64,000 bases of DNA from Patescibacteria group bacterium. GTDB taxonomy: Bacteria; Patescibacteriota; Microgenomatia; UBA1400; PJMF01. This document shows positions 19,545 to 29,603 of the stretch, one piece after another. The number at the start of each line of letters is the position of its first letter. The stretch's first letter is position 1. Position numbers and translations under genes: made by a program. The DNA lies in the NCBI GenBank assembly GCA_039934415.1, contig JBDTME010000006.1, forward strand, positions 17,206-81,205. The letters are read 5' to 3'. The notes under the pieces are model-generated. The model saw nothing but the letters and a program-made list of their open reading frames with translations, ran no database searches and was not told the DNA's origin.

Positions 19545-20729
19545 ATGTTTCAAGGTAGATATATTTTAGGGTTAGTGGCATGTATTGTGCTAGGTTTGGG
19601 TGCGGCTTCATTTTTCTTGCGATTTTTTCCTTCATTGCTTTTACCGGAGAGTCCAGTTCTTCACACGCTAGGGGTGAGAAAACCAATTGTGAATGGATTC
19701 TTGCCCTACTGGTTATTAACAAAAGCAACACCTGAGTCACTTCGCCAGCTCAATAAAATTACGTACTTTGGTTTAGAGATCGATTCTGATGGGACTTTAG
19801 TTGACAAAAGTACTCCGCAAGAAGCGGAACCTGGTTGGCACAAATTAGCGAATGGTGATTTTACTCAAATAGTCTCTCCGCTGAAGGGAAACTCTGATTA
19901 TTCATTACTGTTGCATCAAAGTAATGAAGCAAGTATTAGTGCTTTGCTCAGTGAACCTGTGGTGCATGCTGGTAACTTAGTGAGCGCCGTTGAACCGCTC
20001 ATGAAACAGCATGGATTTACAGACTTAAATATTGATATTGAGAGTTTTCGCACAGCATCCCCAGAAGCTCAAGTCAGAATGAGCACTTTTTTAAGAGAAG
20101 TAAAAGCCCAGTTGAATATACGAAAGTTGGGAACATTAACTACTGAGCTGACAGTTGCCTCACTGGTCAAACAGGCTTTGATGAATCCAACTGAGATTGG
20201 AGAAATTTCTGATCATGTTGTTTTAATGGCGTATGATTTTCGATACACTGGCTCCTTCACATCTGGTGCAGTTGCTCCCATTGGAGGAGCAGGTGAAAAA
20301 ATAGAGTACGATATTGTGAAAAGTGTGCAGCTGGCTTCCCAAGTCATACCAAGTGAGAAGTTACAGTTGGGCATTCCACTCTATGGATATGAGTGGGAAA
20401 CATTGAGCTATGATCCAGAAAGTCCGGTGGTACCTGGGACTGGCAAAACGGCTACTTCTAATCGCATATCAGAGCTCTTGAAAACTTGTACTGACTGTAT
20501 TACTGGTCGTGACGAATTGACCGGTTCACCTTATCTAATACTCCCTCCAAATGAAGACAGTGCTGTCCAGCAAATTTATTACGAAGATCAAGAATCTATT
20601 CAAAAAAAGTTAGATTTAGCAAAGCAGTATAAATTAGGTGGCGTTGCGTTTTGGGCAATCGGCTACGAGACTCCCGAGTTACTTACTCCAATCAGAAAAT
20701 ATGTTAACGAGTACGAACTACTCTTTTAA
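19545..20729 (+). CDS. Membrane-anchored glycoside hydrolase family 18 protein
   Basis: GFTDLNIDIE, LMAYDF, LGIPLYGYEW, LGGVAFWAIG; N-terminal TM helix. Confidence 0.9.
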   Translation: MFQGRYILGLVACIVLGLGAASFFLRFFPSLLLPESPVLHTLGVRKPIVNGFLPYWLLTKATPESLRQLNKITYFGLEIDSDGTLVDKSTPQEAEPGWHKLANGDFTQIVSPLKGNSDYSLLLHQSNEASISALLSEPVVHAGNLVSAVEPLMKQHGFTDLNIDIESFRTASPEAQVRMSTFLREVKAQLNIRKLGTLTTELTVASLVKQALMNPTEIGEISDHVVLMAYDFRYTGSFTSGAVAPIGGAGEKIEYDIVKSVQLASQVIPSEKLQLGIPLYGYEWETLSYDPESPVVPGTGKTATSNRISELLKTCTDCITGRDELTGSPYLILPPNEDSAVQQIYYEDQESIQKKLDLAKQYKLGGVAFWAIGYETPELLTPIRKYVNEYELLF

Positions 20730-21366
20730 TGTCGTCATATATTATTTTTTCTCCGCTCTTTATTTCTGAAGTTTGAGTTTGGTTATTTGTGTCGATATAA
20801 CCTACCCGGCCTGTACCCTCTATTACATTGAAGTCAATTAATTTTTCATCTGGATCTACACTAAGTCGTGCTTTTCCTTGCGAAAGTGAGAAGAGGGCAT
20901 GCAAGCTACGCGCGGAAATCGTAGCAACTTGTTCATCAGTTTGGTACTCAACCGTACCTTTGTCTTGTTTCACCAAAAAGTTTTTAGGATTGGTACTAGG
21001 AAAAGCCAAGATTGTATCGGGAAAAATTGAAAATAAATCTTCTTGAGCAAACCGAACATCAAGTGTGCCGCTTTCGCTTGCCGTGATTTGTTCCCCTTCT
21101 AGAACAAAACCGTTGATTTTAATTATGGAGGGATCATCAGCTTTTCGAGTGAGTTGAGTTGCTCCACCCTTAATTCGCATCACTTTTCCGGTCAACGATT
21201 GATGTGGTGGGTCGAGTTTGAAATCAAGAGTGGCTGGAGTGAATATTGGCTTTGTTGGAACAATGGTTTTCACTCTGCTCATTCTAAAACCGATAACCGC
21301 AGCTGCACTGATAACAAAGAACAGAATACAGAAAAAGACATACAGAATTTTTTTCATTTCATTCAT
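20704..21366 (-). CDS. Membrane-anchored FecR-like domain protein
   Basis: N-terminal TM helix followed by a beta-rich FecR-like region (GEQITA..G, VIEGTGRV, IKSGE). Confidence 0.6.
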   Translation of the reverse strand: MNEMKKILYVFFCILFFVISAAAVIGFRMSRVKTIVPTKPIFTPATLDFKLDPPHQSLTGKVMRIKGGATQLTRKADDPSIIKINGFVLEGEQITASESGTLDVRFAQEDLFSIFPDTILAFPSTNPKNFLVKQDKGTVEYQTDEQVATISARSLHALFSLSQGKARLSVDPDEKLIDFNVIEGTGRVGYIDTNNQTQTSEIKSGEKIIYDDIKRVVRTR

Positions 21367-21420
21367 TTTATCAGAAAGCCAAGGTATTGACGGCTTCTGT
21401 TATAATCGCCTTATTCTCTA

Positions 21421-21924
21421 ATGACCAACTCTCAGATTGAAAAACTAGCTGAAAAGGTTTTTGCCAAACTTGGTGACGTGATTCCTGTCGATATGATTAA
21501 AGCAGCGCGGCTTCATGACATTGATGTTTTTGTCACACACATGGAGAAAACGGTAGGTGCAACTCCGAGTGGAATTTTGGTCGAACAGCAAAAAAAATGG
21601 GCGATTCTACTCAATATTGATGATACTTTGACTCGACAACGATTCACCATTGCTCACGAAATCGGTCATTTTCTAATACACAAAGGAAAGCAGTTTGTTG
21701 ATGAGTTCACTGCTGGCGAAACTTTTTATCGTGACGGTTCGGACAATGAAGAAGAACAAGAAGCGAATTACTTTGCAGCGTGCCTATTAATGCCTGAGGA
21801 AGAAGTAGAGAGAATATGGCCACAGTGCAAGGATCCGAAAGACGCAGCGGTTCGTTTCAAAGTGTCAGAAGTTTCAATGACGTATCGGCTTAAAAAATTA
21901 GGTTTGATAACTGTTGAGGAATAG
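21421..21924 (+). CDS. ImmA/IrrE family Zn metallopeptidase
   Basis: RQRFTIAHEIGH, EQEANYFAACLLMP, F.VS...M.YRL. Confidence 0.93.
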   Translation: MTNSQIEKLAEKVFAKLGDVIPVDMIKAARLHDIDVFVTHMEKTVGATPSGILVEQQKKWAILLNIDDTLTRQRFTIAHEIGHFLIHKGKQFVDEFTAGETFYRDGSDNEEEQEANYFAACLLMPEEEVERIWPQCKDPKDAAVRFKVSEVSMTYRLKKLGLITVEE

Positions 21925-21926
21925 CA

Positions 21927-22367
21927 ATGGTTGAACCAAATGACCAACAAATTATTCAGAGTGCTCAAAAACTACTGAGTTCACGTAGAGAGATTGCTAC
22001 TGCTTCTGTTCTGCCAACCCACACTCCTGATTTATCCTTTTCGGCATCCAGTCTCGTTGATGAAAAAGATTTGGAAACACTCAAAAAAAGACAAGAGATC
22101 GCTCAACAAGACAAGCGTTTTGAGGCAGAGATGGAGCAACGACGCATTGATAGAGAACTAAAAAAAGCGATTGCAAATCTAGTTTTTCGTTTTTTGGCAA
22201 CGGAGACAGGGGCTTTATTTATAGTTGTCCTGATTCAAGGTTTTTCTCCTTGGGGGTTTCATTTAGAAGATTCTACAATTAATATTTTTCTCGGGGCAAC
22301 ATTGTTGCAAATTTCTTCTATGGCCGTCATTATTACTCGTCACTTATATCCGACTTCTCCGGCCTAA
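21927..22367 (+). CDS. Hypothetical coiled-coil plus 2-TM membrane protein
   Basis: Starts 2 nt after the peptidase stop; two C-terminal hydrophobic helices. Confidence 0.75.
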   Translation: MVEPNDQQIIQSAQKLLSSRREIATASVLPTHTPDLSFSASSLVDEKDLETLKKRQEIAQQDKRFEAEMEQRRIDRELKKAIANLVFRFLATETGALFIVVLIQGFSPWGFHLEDSTINIFLGATLLQISSMAVIITRHLYPTSPA

Positions 22368-22396
22368 TTTAGCCGCTGAAATGTTACAATAACGAC

Positions 22397-23641
22397 ATGT
22401 TTTCAATAGAACAACTCAAAAGAGATTTTCCTATCCTGTCCAAAAAAATCCACGAAAAGCGATTGGTGTATTTAGATAACGCTGCCACGTCCCAGAAGCC
22501 AAAACAAGTCATCGAGGCAATCGTCAATTACTATGAAAATCATAATGCAAACGTGCATCGTGGCGTTCATCAACTTGCGGAGGAAAGTACCCAAGTGTTT
22601 GAAGACAGTCGAAAAGTTATCTCCCGTTTTTTTGGTGCAGATGATGAAGAGCTCATTTTGGTGCGCAATACCACTGAAGCAATCAATGGCGTGGCGTATG
22701 GTTGGGCACTGGATCACCTGAAAAAAGGTGACGTTGTTGTGACCACCGAGATGGAACATCACAGTAATATTGTTCCATGGCAAGAAATCTGTAAACGAAC
22801 CGGTGCCACACTTCAGTTTGTGAAAGTGGACGAAAATGGCAGATTAGATTGGAAAAGTTTTAATTTTTCTTTACTGGTCAAACTTGTCGTCCTCACTCAT
22901 GTTTCAAATACTTTAGGCACCCTCAATCCAATTGAGAAGATGATTAAAAAGATGAAAAGTCAGAATAAGGACATTAAAATCTTAGTGGACGGAGCTCAAT
23001 CAGCTCCTCACTTGAAGATAGACTTTCATCAACTTGATATTGATTTTTTCATTTTTTCAGGACACAAAATGCTTGGCCCTATGGGTATTGGGGGTTTGCT
23101 CGTTAAGAAAGAGTTGGTGACAACAAACGAGTTGAAACCTTGGTTGTTTGGAGGAGGCATGATCGAGAGCGTCTACGAAGACCACACAAATTTTAATGAG
23201 AGTCCGCAAGATCGATTTACTGCAGGAACTCCAGATGTTGCTTCGACTGTCGGGTTAGCTGCAGCTTGCAATTACCTATCCAAGTTGGACATGCATGAGG
23301 TTGAACTTCACGATCGAGAGCTCGTTGCATACGCTATTAAAAGACTTAGTGAGTTTTCTCAAATCAAAATTGTGGGACCGACTACGAGCAGCACTGATAC
23401 TTTGGATCGGATTGGTTCAGTCGCTTTCCTGTACGAAGGCGTTCATCCACACGATATCGCACAAGTCCTTGATAGTCAGGGAGTAGAAGTGCGAAGTGGC
23501 CATCATTGCACCATGCCGTTACATACTAAGTTTAACTGGCCAGGAACAACCCGAGTTAGCTTTCAAGTTTACAACACGCTTGAAGATGTTGATGTCTTAG
23601 TAGAATCGCTCAAAAAAGTGACAGACGTATTTGGCAAATAA
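22397..23641 (+). CDS. sufS: Cysteine desulfurase SufS
   Basis: YLDNAATSQKP, ANVHRG, EHHSN, DGAQS, SGHKM, RSGHHC. Confidence 0.97.
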   Translation: MFSIEQLKRDFPILSKKIHEKRLVYLDNAATSQKPKQVIEAIVNYYENHNANVHRGVHQLAEESTQVFEDSRKVISRFFGADDEELILVRNTTEAINGVAYGWALDHLKKGDVVVTTEMEHHSNIVPWQEICKRTGATLQFVKVDENGRLDWKSFNFSLLVKLVVLTHVSNTLGTLNPIEKMIKKMKSQNKDIKILVDGAQSAPHLKIDFHQLDIDFFIFSGHKMLGPMGIGGLLVKKELVTTNELKPWLFGGGMIESVYEDHTNFNESPQDRFTAGTPDVASTVGLAAACNYLSKLDMHEVELHDRELVAYAIKRLSEFSQIKIVGPTTSSTDTLDRIGSVAFLYEGVHPHDIAQVLDSQGVEVRSGHHCTMPLHTKFNWPGTTRVSFQVYNTLEDVDVLVESLKKVTDVFGK

Positions 23642-23642
23642 T

Positions 23643-24020
23643 ATGGATTTATACCAAGAAATTATTCTTGATCACTATAAATATCCTCGCAATCAAGGTG
23701 AGCTTGCGCAGCATCAGCACGTATTGAGTTGCAGTGAATCAAATGTGGGATGTGGTGATGAGTTTTTGGTCGCGCTTTCTTTGGATAAAGCTGGACAAAA
23801 AATTGAAGACATTAAGTGGCAAGGTCAAGGCTGTGCAATTAGTACCGCGTCAATGAGTCTGTTATCTGAGTACGTAATCGGCAAAACAATTGAAGAAGTA
23901 AAGATAGTAGATAAGAATATTCTTTTAGAATTATTAGGATTGGATGAAATCACACCAGCTCGAGAAAAATGTATGATGCTAGGAGTGCGAGCTGTTCAAA
24001 GAGCTTTAGATCAAAAATAA
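23643..24020 (+). CDS. sufU: Fe-S scaffold/sulfur acceptor SufU
   Basis: LYQEIILDHYKYPRN, N.GCGD, GCAISTAS, REKC. Confidence 0.93.
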   Translation: MDLYQEIILDHYKYPRNQGELAQHQHVLSCSESNVGCGDEFLVALSLDKAGQKIEDIKWQGQGCAISTASMSLLSEYVIGKTIEEVKIVDKNILLELLGLDEITPAREKCMMLGVRAVQRALDQK

Positions 24021-24021
24021 T

Positions 24022-24591
24022 ATGTTTTCCAACGACTTACATAAAACAGCAGAAATTATTCAAAATGGTGGTGTTGCTATTTTCCCAACCGATACAGTTT
24101 GGGGAATGGGATGCAGTATCGAAAATATAGATGCTATTGAAAAATTTTATGCGATTAAAAAAAGAGAATCAGATAAACCAACAGCGGTGTTAGTCGGTTC
24201 AGTTGACCAAGCAAAACAATACGGAATGTTCAATGATCAAGCACTTCTGTTAATGAAAGCGCATTGGCCAGGAGCTTTAACAATTGTTGTCCAGGCAACA
24301 GAGCGTGTTCCCCATTCCATCTTGGGACCGCAAAAAACAATTGGATTGCGATTGCCCAATTTTAAAATTGTGGAACAACTCACCCAGCTCACAAAATGCG
24401 GACTCGTTACTGGGAGTGCAAACTTTTCCGGCCAGCCGAGTCCATTTAAGAAAGCAGATCTAGATCCTGATCTTTTACAGTTAGTAGAAGCCGTAGTTGA
24501 AGGCGAATGCGGTGGACAGCCACCTTCGACGGTCGTGGATTGTACACAACAAGAATTAAAAATTCTGAGACAAGGAACAATCCAATTATGA
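24022..24591 (+). CDS. tsaC: L-threonylcarbamoyladenylate synthase (Sua5/YrdC)
   Basis: PTDTVWG, K.R...KP, WPGALT, SANFSG, STVVD, ILRQG. Confidence 0.93.
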   Translation: MFSNDLHKTAEIIQNGGVAIFPTDTVWGMGCSIENIDAIEKFYAIKKRESDKPTAVLVGSVDQAKQYGMFNDQALLLMKAHWPGALTIVVQATERVPHSILGPQKTIGLRLPNFKIVEQLTQLTKCGLVTGSANFSGQPSPFKKADLDPDLLQLVEAVVEGECGGQPPSTVVDCTQQELKILRQGTIQL

Positions 24592-25265
24592 ATCAGGAAA
24601 TTGCAACAGAATTAGAATCAGTCCAATCACCGTTCTGTCGGTTTTATGTAGTTCGTCACGGAGAGAGTAAAGCTAATCTAGAAGGATACATAGCTGGCCA
24701 TCTGGATGCGCGGCTCACCTCTGTTGGAAAACAGCAAGCCAAAGAACGAGCTAAAGACTTATCAGAAATTCATTTTGAAGAAGCCTTTGCATCCGACTTA
24801 CTAAGGGCTCACCAAACAGCCAAAATTTTATCAACTCAACATAAGCTGATCGTCAAAACAACACAAGCAATTCGTGAGCGCTCATACGGAAAGTACGAAG
24901 GAACTCACTACGAAGAATTTAACGGCATCATGAAAGAGTTATTGCAAGAGTACGAGGGATTGCTGGAGGAAGAACAACGAAAACATCGCTTGGGTGGTGA
25001 GATTGAAAGTGATTATGAAATTTTTCAACGGTTAGCGCTATTCCTTCGTGAGTTAGCTGTTACTTATCCAGGAAAAAATATTTTAATTGTTTGCCATGGT
25101 GGCATCATGAGAGAGTTTTTGATTCAAATTGGTTTGGGTAACAGACAAGAATTTGGGCCAGGAGCAGTGTTGAATCTTGGCTACTTCGTAGTAGATTCTG
25201 ATGCTACTGAATTCTTTCTGAAAAAAACAGAAGGCATAGAAAAAGGCCAGCAGCGAGTAAAATAA
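24588..25265 (+). CDS. Histidine phosphatase (phosphoglycerate-mutase-like)
   Basis: RHGES, SDLLRAHQTA, ERSYG.YEG, VCHGG. Confidence 0.92.
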   Translation: MNQEIATELESVQSPFCRFYVVRHGESKANLEGYIAGHLDARLTSVGKQQAKERAKDLSEIHFEEAFASDLLRAHQTAKILSTQHKLIVKTTQAIRERSYGKYEGTHYEEFNGIMKELLQEYEGLLEEEQRKHRLGGEIESDYEIFQRLALFLRELAVTYPGKNILIVCHGGIMREFLIQIGLGNRQEFGPGAVLNLGYFVVDSDATEFFLKKTEGIEKGQQRVK

Positions 25266-25269
25266 ATGT

Positions 25270-25824
25270 ATGCACATCTTTGTTGGCTCAACGAACCCAG
25301 TCAAACTCAACGCGGTCGTATCAGCGGCTTCTGAAACTTGGCCAGACGTAATCATTGAAGGATTTGATGTCAAAAGTGGTGTGACTGATCAACCTCGTAG
25401 TGATGAAGAAACCAAAAAGGGTGCTGAAAATCGAGCGAAAGAGGCATTGAGAGTTGGACTGGCCAAACATTCAGCGCCAGTTCAGGTGTTGGGAATAGGT
25501 TTAGAGGGTGGTGTTTTTGAAAATGAACAACAAGAAATGTGGAATACAGTCTGGGCATGTGTTGTTGATCAAACTGGCAAAACCGTATTTGCAAACGGCG
25601 AGCGTTTTCATTTACCAGATTCATTAACCACACAAATTCGAGCAGGGAAAGAAATGGGACCAGCGATGGACGAATTGATTGGTTCAACGAATATCAAACA
25701 TCAACAAGGTATGATTGGTGTCATTACCGAGGGGTTTATTGATCGCACAGAGCTCTATGCGAACTTAGCAAAACTAGCCTTAGGGTTGTGGTCAGGTCAG
25801 GATTGGGAAACAAAAATCCGGTGA
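25270..25824 (+). CDS. yjjX: Inosine/xanthosine triphosphatase (YjjX/DUF84)
   Basis: VGSTNPVK, SGV.DQP, GA.NRA, GIGLEGG, G.EMG. Confidence 0.9.
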   Translation: MHIFVGSTNPVKLNAVVSAASETWPDVIIEGFDVKSGVTDQPRSDEETKKGAENRAKEALRVGLAKHSAPVQVLGIGLEGGVFENEQQEMWNTVWACVVDQTGKTVFANGERFHLPDSLTTQIRAGKEMGPAMDELIGSTNIKHQQGMIGVITEGFIDRTELYANLAKLALGLWSGQDWETKIR

Positions 25825-25895
25825 TATTTTTAGTTGTCTCTTTGAATATGAAGTTCTTTATGATAGAACTGGACAGTTATCAACAAATTTAATTT

Positions 25896-26612
25896 ATGCC
25901 AGTACCTAAAATCACCGCTGCTCTTTCTGACCGTCGTCAACTCACGGAAAAATTCGTGCAACTTTTTTTTGAGTTAAAAGAACCACACACCTTTCAATTT
26001 CAGGCAGGACAATATGCTTCACTAGGTTTTCCTGATAATCCACTGCGACGACCGTACTCTATTGCTTCAACGCCAGTGGAGGAGCATGGCTTCGAACTAC
26101 TGATTGATACAACCCCACAGGGAATTGGTACAAAGTATCTGATGAACTTACCACTGGGTGGTGAGGCGACCTTCCTAGCTCCAATGGGACTCTTCATGTT
26201 GGCAAAAGATGAACAGGCCAAAAAAGAAAAAGCACTAGTTTTTGTGGCAACAGGATCTGGAATTGCTCCATTTCGATCAATGGTAACTTGGCTTCTTCAA
26301 ACTCAAAATGATCAGCGAGAAATTTGGTTGTATTGGGGGCTACGTTACGAACAAGATATGTTCTGGGAAGAAGATTTTCAAGAACTAACACGAGCTTTCC
26401 CGAACTTTCATTTTCATGTCACATTGTCAAAAGCATCAGAAGAATGGCCACTGTGTAAAGGACACGTAACGGATTGTTTATCAATCCATGAGTTACCAGC
26501 AGAAGCCGGATACTATTTATGTGGCAGTAAACCAATGATTGAAGAGACCGTTGCATTGTTAGCCACGAAGGGGATTCCCAAAGAATCTGTACATCACGAA
26601 AAGTTTTATTAA
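25896..26612 (+). CDS. FAD/NAD(P)-binding oxidoreductase (ferredoxin-NADP+ reductase family)
   Basis: RPYSIAS, ATGSGIAPFRSM, YLCGS..M, EKFY. Confidence 0.92.
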   Translation: MPVPKITAALSDRRQLTEKFVQLFFELKEPHTFQFQAGQYASLGFPDNPLRRPYSIASTPVEEHGFELLIDTTPQGIGTKYLMNLPLGGEATFLAPMGLFMLAKDEQAKKEKALVFVATGSGIAPFRSMVTWLLQTQNDQREIWLYWGLRYEQDMFWEEDFQELTRAFPNFHFHVTLSKASEEWPLCKGHVTDCLSIHELPAEAGYYLCGSKPMIEETVALLATKGIPKESVHHEKFY

Positions 26613-26635
26613 AGCTTTCGTGAGAGGAGAACACT

Positions 26636-26899
26636 ATGACAGACCAACAGACACCAGCTGTTGTGCAAACTCAACAAATCGGTAAGTATCAAGTTAAAGT
26701 CATAAATGATAAGTGTATTGGAGCTGCATCATGTATCGCAATTGCTGACGCTGTTTTCAAGTTGAATGAACAAAATATCGCTGAAGTAATTTCACAGAAT
26801 GACACTGATGATAATAAATTGCTTGCAGCACAGAGTTGTCCTACCGCTGCGATTGAGGTAATAGATACTACGACAGGAGAACTTGTTTGGCCAAAGTGA
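26636..26899 (+). CDS. Single-cluster ferredoxin (probably 3Fe-4S)
   Basis: CIGAASC...CPTAAI. Confidence 0.88.
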   Translation: MTDQQTPAVVQTQQIGKYQVKVINDKCIGAASCIAIADAVFKLNEQNIAEVISQNDTDDNKLLAAQSCPTAAIEVIDTTTGELVWPK

Positions 26900-26952
26900 C
26901 GTTTATCTGCTTGATAAGCACCTGAAGCCATGTTATTCTCCCCAATAATAAA

Positions 26953-27669
26953 ATGAAAAATATTCCGCTTCTCATCGGCACCCTCGTAGGGACACTCGCA
27001 TTAGTCTTTGGTATTGCTTTTTTCTTTGGTCGTGCTGAAACTCCTGAAAGCGTTGATCCAACAAAATTTCGTACAGGTACGAATCATGTCTTAAGTGCTG
27101 AGCAAACGAGCTTTTCAGATATGGCAACACCTAGTGCTACTCCTGAAGCTTCCTCGAGTGATAACCAAGCCTCTCCATCCGCAGAAAAAAAGATCGTAAC
27201 AGTTGTGGAGTTTAGTGACCTCCAATGTCCGGCCTGCAAAATTGCGGCTCCCATTAGAGATCAGATTCGAGCTGCACATCCTGGTCAAGTGGAGTTTGTT
27301 TTCCATTACTATCCGCTCACCCAGATTCATGCCAATGCTTTATTAGCTGCACAAGCGGTCGAAGCAGCGAGTAAGTTTAATGAATTTTGGCAGTATCATG
27401 ATGTTTTATTTGAAAAACAGGAAGAATGGGCAGAGTTATCTTCAAATCAAGCAAAAGAGAAGCTGATACAATATGCTGTAGATCTCAAAATTGATAAAGA
27501 TGGCTTTACTCAAGAGCTGAATAGTGTTACAGTAAAATCCGCTGTTCAATCGGACATTAATTTAGGCAACGAAATTAATATATCAGCAACGCCGACTTTC
27601 TTTGTTGACGGCAAACAAGTCTCTGCTCCCGATGTTGCAAAAACCGTTTCCGATATTCTCGGAAGTTAA
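26953..27669 (+). CDS. Membrane-anchored DsbA-family thioredoxin
   Basis: EFSDLQCPAC, ATPTFFVDG. Confidence 0.92.
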   Translation: MKNIPLLIGTLVGTLALVFGIAFFFGRAETPESVDPTKFRTGTNHVLSAEQTSFSDMATPSATPEASSSDNQASPSAEKKIVTVVEFSDLQCPACKIAAPIRDQIRAAHPGQVEFVFHYYPLTQIHANALLAAQAVEAASKFNEFWQYHDVLFEKQEEWAELSSNQAKEKLIQYAVDLKIDKDGFTQELNSVTVKSAVQSDINLGNEINISATPTFFVDGKQVSAPDVAKTVSDILGS

Positions 27670-27704
27670 CAAACCTCTATCTGCCCGGATTGGAAGTAAA
27701 TGTT

Positions 27705-28226
27705 ATGAAAAAATCAATGTCGTACGTGCTGCCCCTCGCAGCGTTAGCTATCTTAGGTTTTTTGGCCTTTCGTTGGTTAAGAAGTGAGCCAGGAAATCCC
27801 GGGAGTATCTCACCAACTGCAGAGTCAGCAGAAGGCATTGAGATCAGTGATCTCACCGGAAATGAATCAAAACCAACGGGTATGGTTGACACACAACGTG
27901 TTAAGTTAACCCAAACCACACCATCTGAAACTCCTGAGCAAGGTGAAGTTCGTTATAGTAAAACCGATGACAACGCGACTCGATTTACTGTGTCAGCAGA
28001 TTTACCAGAGCTCAAAGATAACAGTAGTTTTTATCAACTCTGGATGGAAGGTGACAAAGGTCGCAAGAAAGCCATGAAGCTGAGTTTTGAAAAAGGCGGT
28101 TATGTAAGTGAAGGCGTTTTATCTTCTAACTTTGATGAAGTTAAAATCATCATCTCTAAAGAAACAAAAGATGATGATCAAATGGAAGAAGTTCAGTTAG
28201 AGGGAACAATCAACTTAAAAAAGTAA
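27705..28226 (+). CDS. Membrane-anchored hypothetical protein (RskA-like C-terminal beta domain)
   Basis: N-terminal TM helix; LP....FYQLW motif. Confidence 0.6.
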   Translation: MKKSMSYVLPLAALAILGFLAFRWLRSEPGNPGSISPTAESAEGIEISDLTGNESKPTGMVDTQRVKLTQTTPSETPEQGEVRYSKTDDNATRFTVSADLPELKDNSSFYQLWMEGDKGRKKAMKLSFEKGGYVSEGVLSSNFDEVKIIISKETKDDDQMEEVQLEGTINLKK

Positions 28227-28344
28227 GCGTTAAAAGGAACGTGAATGAGAATCCACTCTTGAAGAGTTTCTCGAGTGTGATACCATTAATAAATCGCGTT
28301 CAAGATTATATTCACTCTCCCAATTCGGAGAAAAAGGAGGATCT

Positions 28345-28569
28345 ATGGCAGCACAAGTAAACGCATTCGCGTATACTAACTCCAAAGGCCAGACATATTA
28401 TCTTCACACTCGTGAAGTGACCTTAAAGAACGGTCGAGTACAACGAATCTACTTTTTTGCCCGAGACGTTAGAGATGGTGCGCTTGAAGAAGTTCCAGAA
28501 GGTTATCAAGTTGTTGAAACACAACGTACTGGTATGCCTGTCTTGAAGAGAAATACACCAAAAGCATAA
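28345..28569 (+). CDS. Small hypothetical protein
   Basis: Strong AGGAGG RBS, its own terminator, coding-like sequence. Confidence 0.85.
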   Translation: MAAQVNAFAYTNSKGQTYYLHTREVTLKNGRVQRIYFFARDVRDGALEEVPEGYQVVETQRTGMPVLKRNTPKA

Positions 28570-28591
28570 TTGAGCTTTTTATAGCAATTCG

Positions 28592-28619
28592 AAAAATCCT
28601 CCTTTCAAGGGGGATTTTT
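28592..28619 (+). terminator. Terminator
   Basis: AAAAATCCTCCTT-tc-AAGGGGGATTTTT. Confidence 0.75.
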
Positions 28620-28633
28620 GGTACAATACGCAT

Positions 28634-28954
28634 ATGATCACTAAACAACAGGTACTCGATTTAGTAAAAAAAGTGGAAGATCCTGAGTTGTATGTGAGTA
28701 TTGTAGATCTAGGATTGATCTATAATGTTGACGTTACCGAAGTGGATGGCCACCCTAAAGTAAAGATCACCATGACATTGACGACGCCTGGGTGTCCATT
28801 GGGTAGTACTATCAATATGATGATTAAGGATGCGCTGTTTCCACTCAAAGAACTGAACGTTGATAAAGATATTGAGATAGTAGTGACATTTGATCCACCT
28901 TGGACTGTCGAGATGATGAATGAAGAGTCTAGAGCAGAGTTAGGGTTCGATTAA
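28634..28954 (+). CDS. DUF59/SufT (PaaD-like) Fe-S maturation protein
   Basis: DPEL..SIVDLGLIY, MTLTTPGCP, FDPPW. Confidence 0.93.
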   Translation: MITKQQVLDLVKKVEDPELYVSIVDLGLIYNVDVTEVDGHPKVKITMTLTTPGCPLGSTINMMIKDALFPLKELNVDKDIEIVVTFDPPWTVEMMNEESRAELGFD

Positions 28955-29114
28955 ACAGGAATTACCAATAAGAGTATCCTGCTTAATAAGAAGTGAGTAA
29001 CTTATATTGTTATGAACAATGTTCGTTTCAGTCTGGCTTTTGACTCTCGCCAGATCATTACGAACTGAATTTTTCGATTTGTAAAGTCTATCAAAAAATT
29101 CAAAAAGGGATGAT

Positions 29115-29567
29115 ATGAAAATTTTTCTAGGAGCTGATCACGGTGGATTTAAAATGAAAGAAGACATCAAAGATTGGTTGATCGAAGAGGGACATGAAGT
29201 CGAAGATTGTGGAAATACAGTATTAGATCCTGATGATGATTATCCGAAATACGCAATCACAGTTGCCGAGAAGGTAGCAGCTTCTTCTGGTAAAAATTAC
29301 GGCATTTTGTTTTGTCGGTCTGGTGCAGGTATGATAATTGCTGCGAATAAGGTAAAAGGTATCCGAGCTGTCGATGTATTTGACCTGACTAGTGCAATCC
29401 ATGCGCGTACGAATAACGATGCCAATGTGATGTCGATTGGTGCAGATTGGATGGATCCCGGCGAAGCACGTCTTGTCATCAAAAACTTTTTGGAAACAGA
29501 GTTCATGGGTGAAGAACGACACGAGCGCAGAATTCGAGACATTGCCCAATTAGAAAGTGAAAATTAA
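29115..29567 (+). CDS. rpiB: Ribose-5-phosphate isomerase B
   Basis: GADHGG, DDYP, CRSGAG..IAANKVKGIRA, RHERR. Confidence 0.94.
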   Translation: MKIFLGADHGGFKMKEDIKDWLIEEGHEVEDCGNTVLDPDDDYPKYAITVAEKVAASSGKNYGILFCRSGAGMIIAANKVKGIRAVDVFDLTSAIHARTNNDANVMSIGADWMDPGEARLVIKNFLETEFMGEERHERRIRDIAQLESEN

Positions 29568-29603
29568 TTTTCAAACAACATTATTTACTAGTACTTAATT
29601 ATC

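Noticed and set aside
29021-29065. Hairpin in the rpiB leader as a riboswitch
   Set aside because: A single stem with no recognisable aptamer or expression platform.
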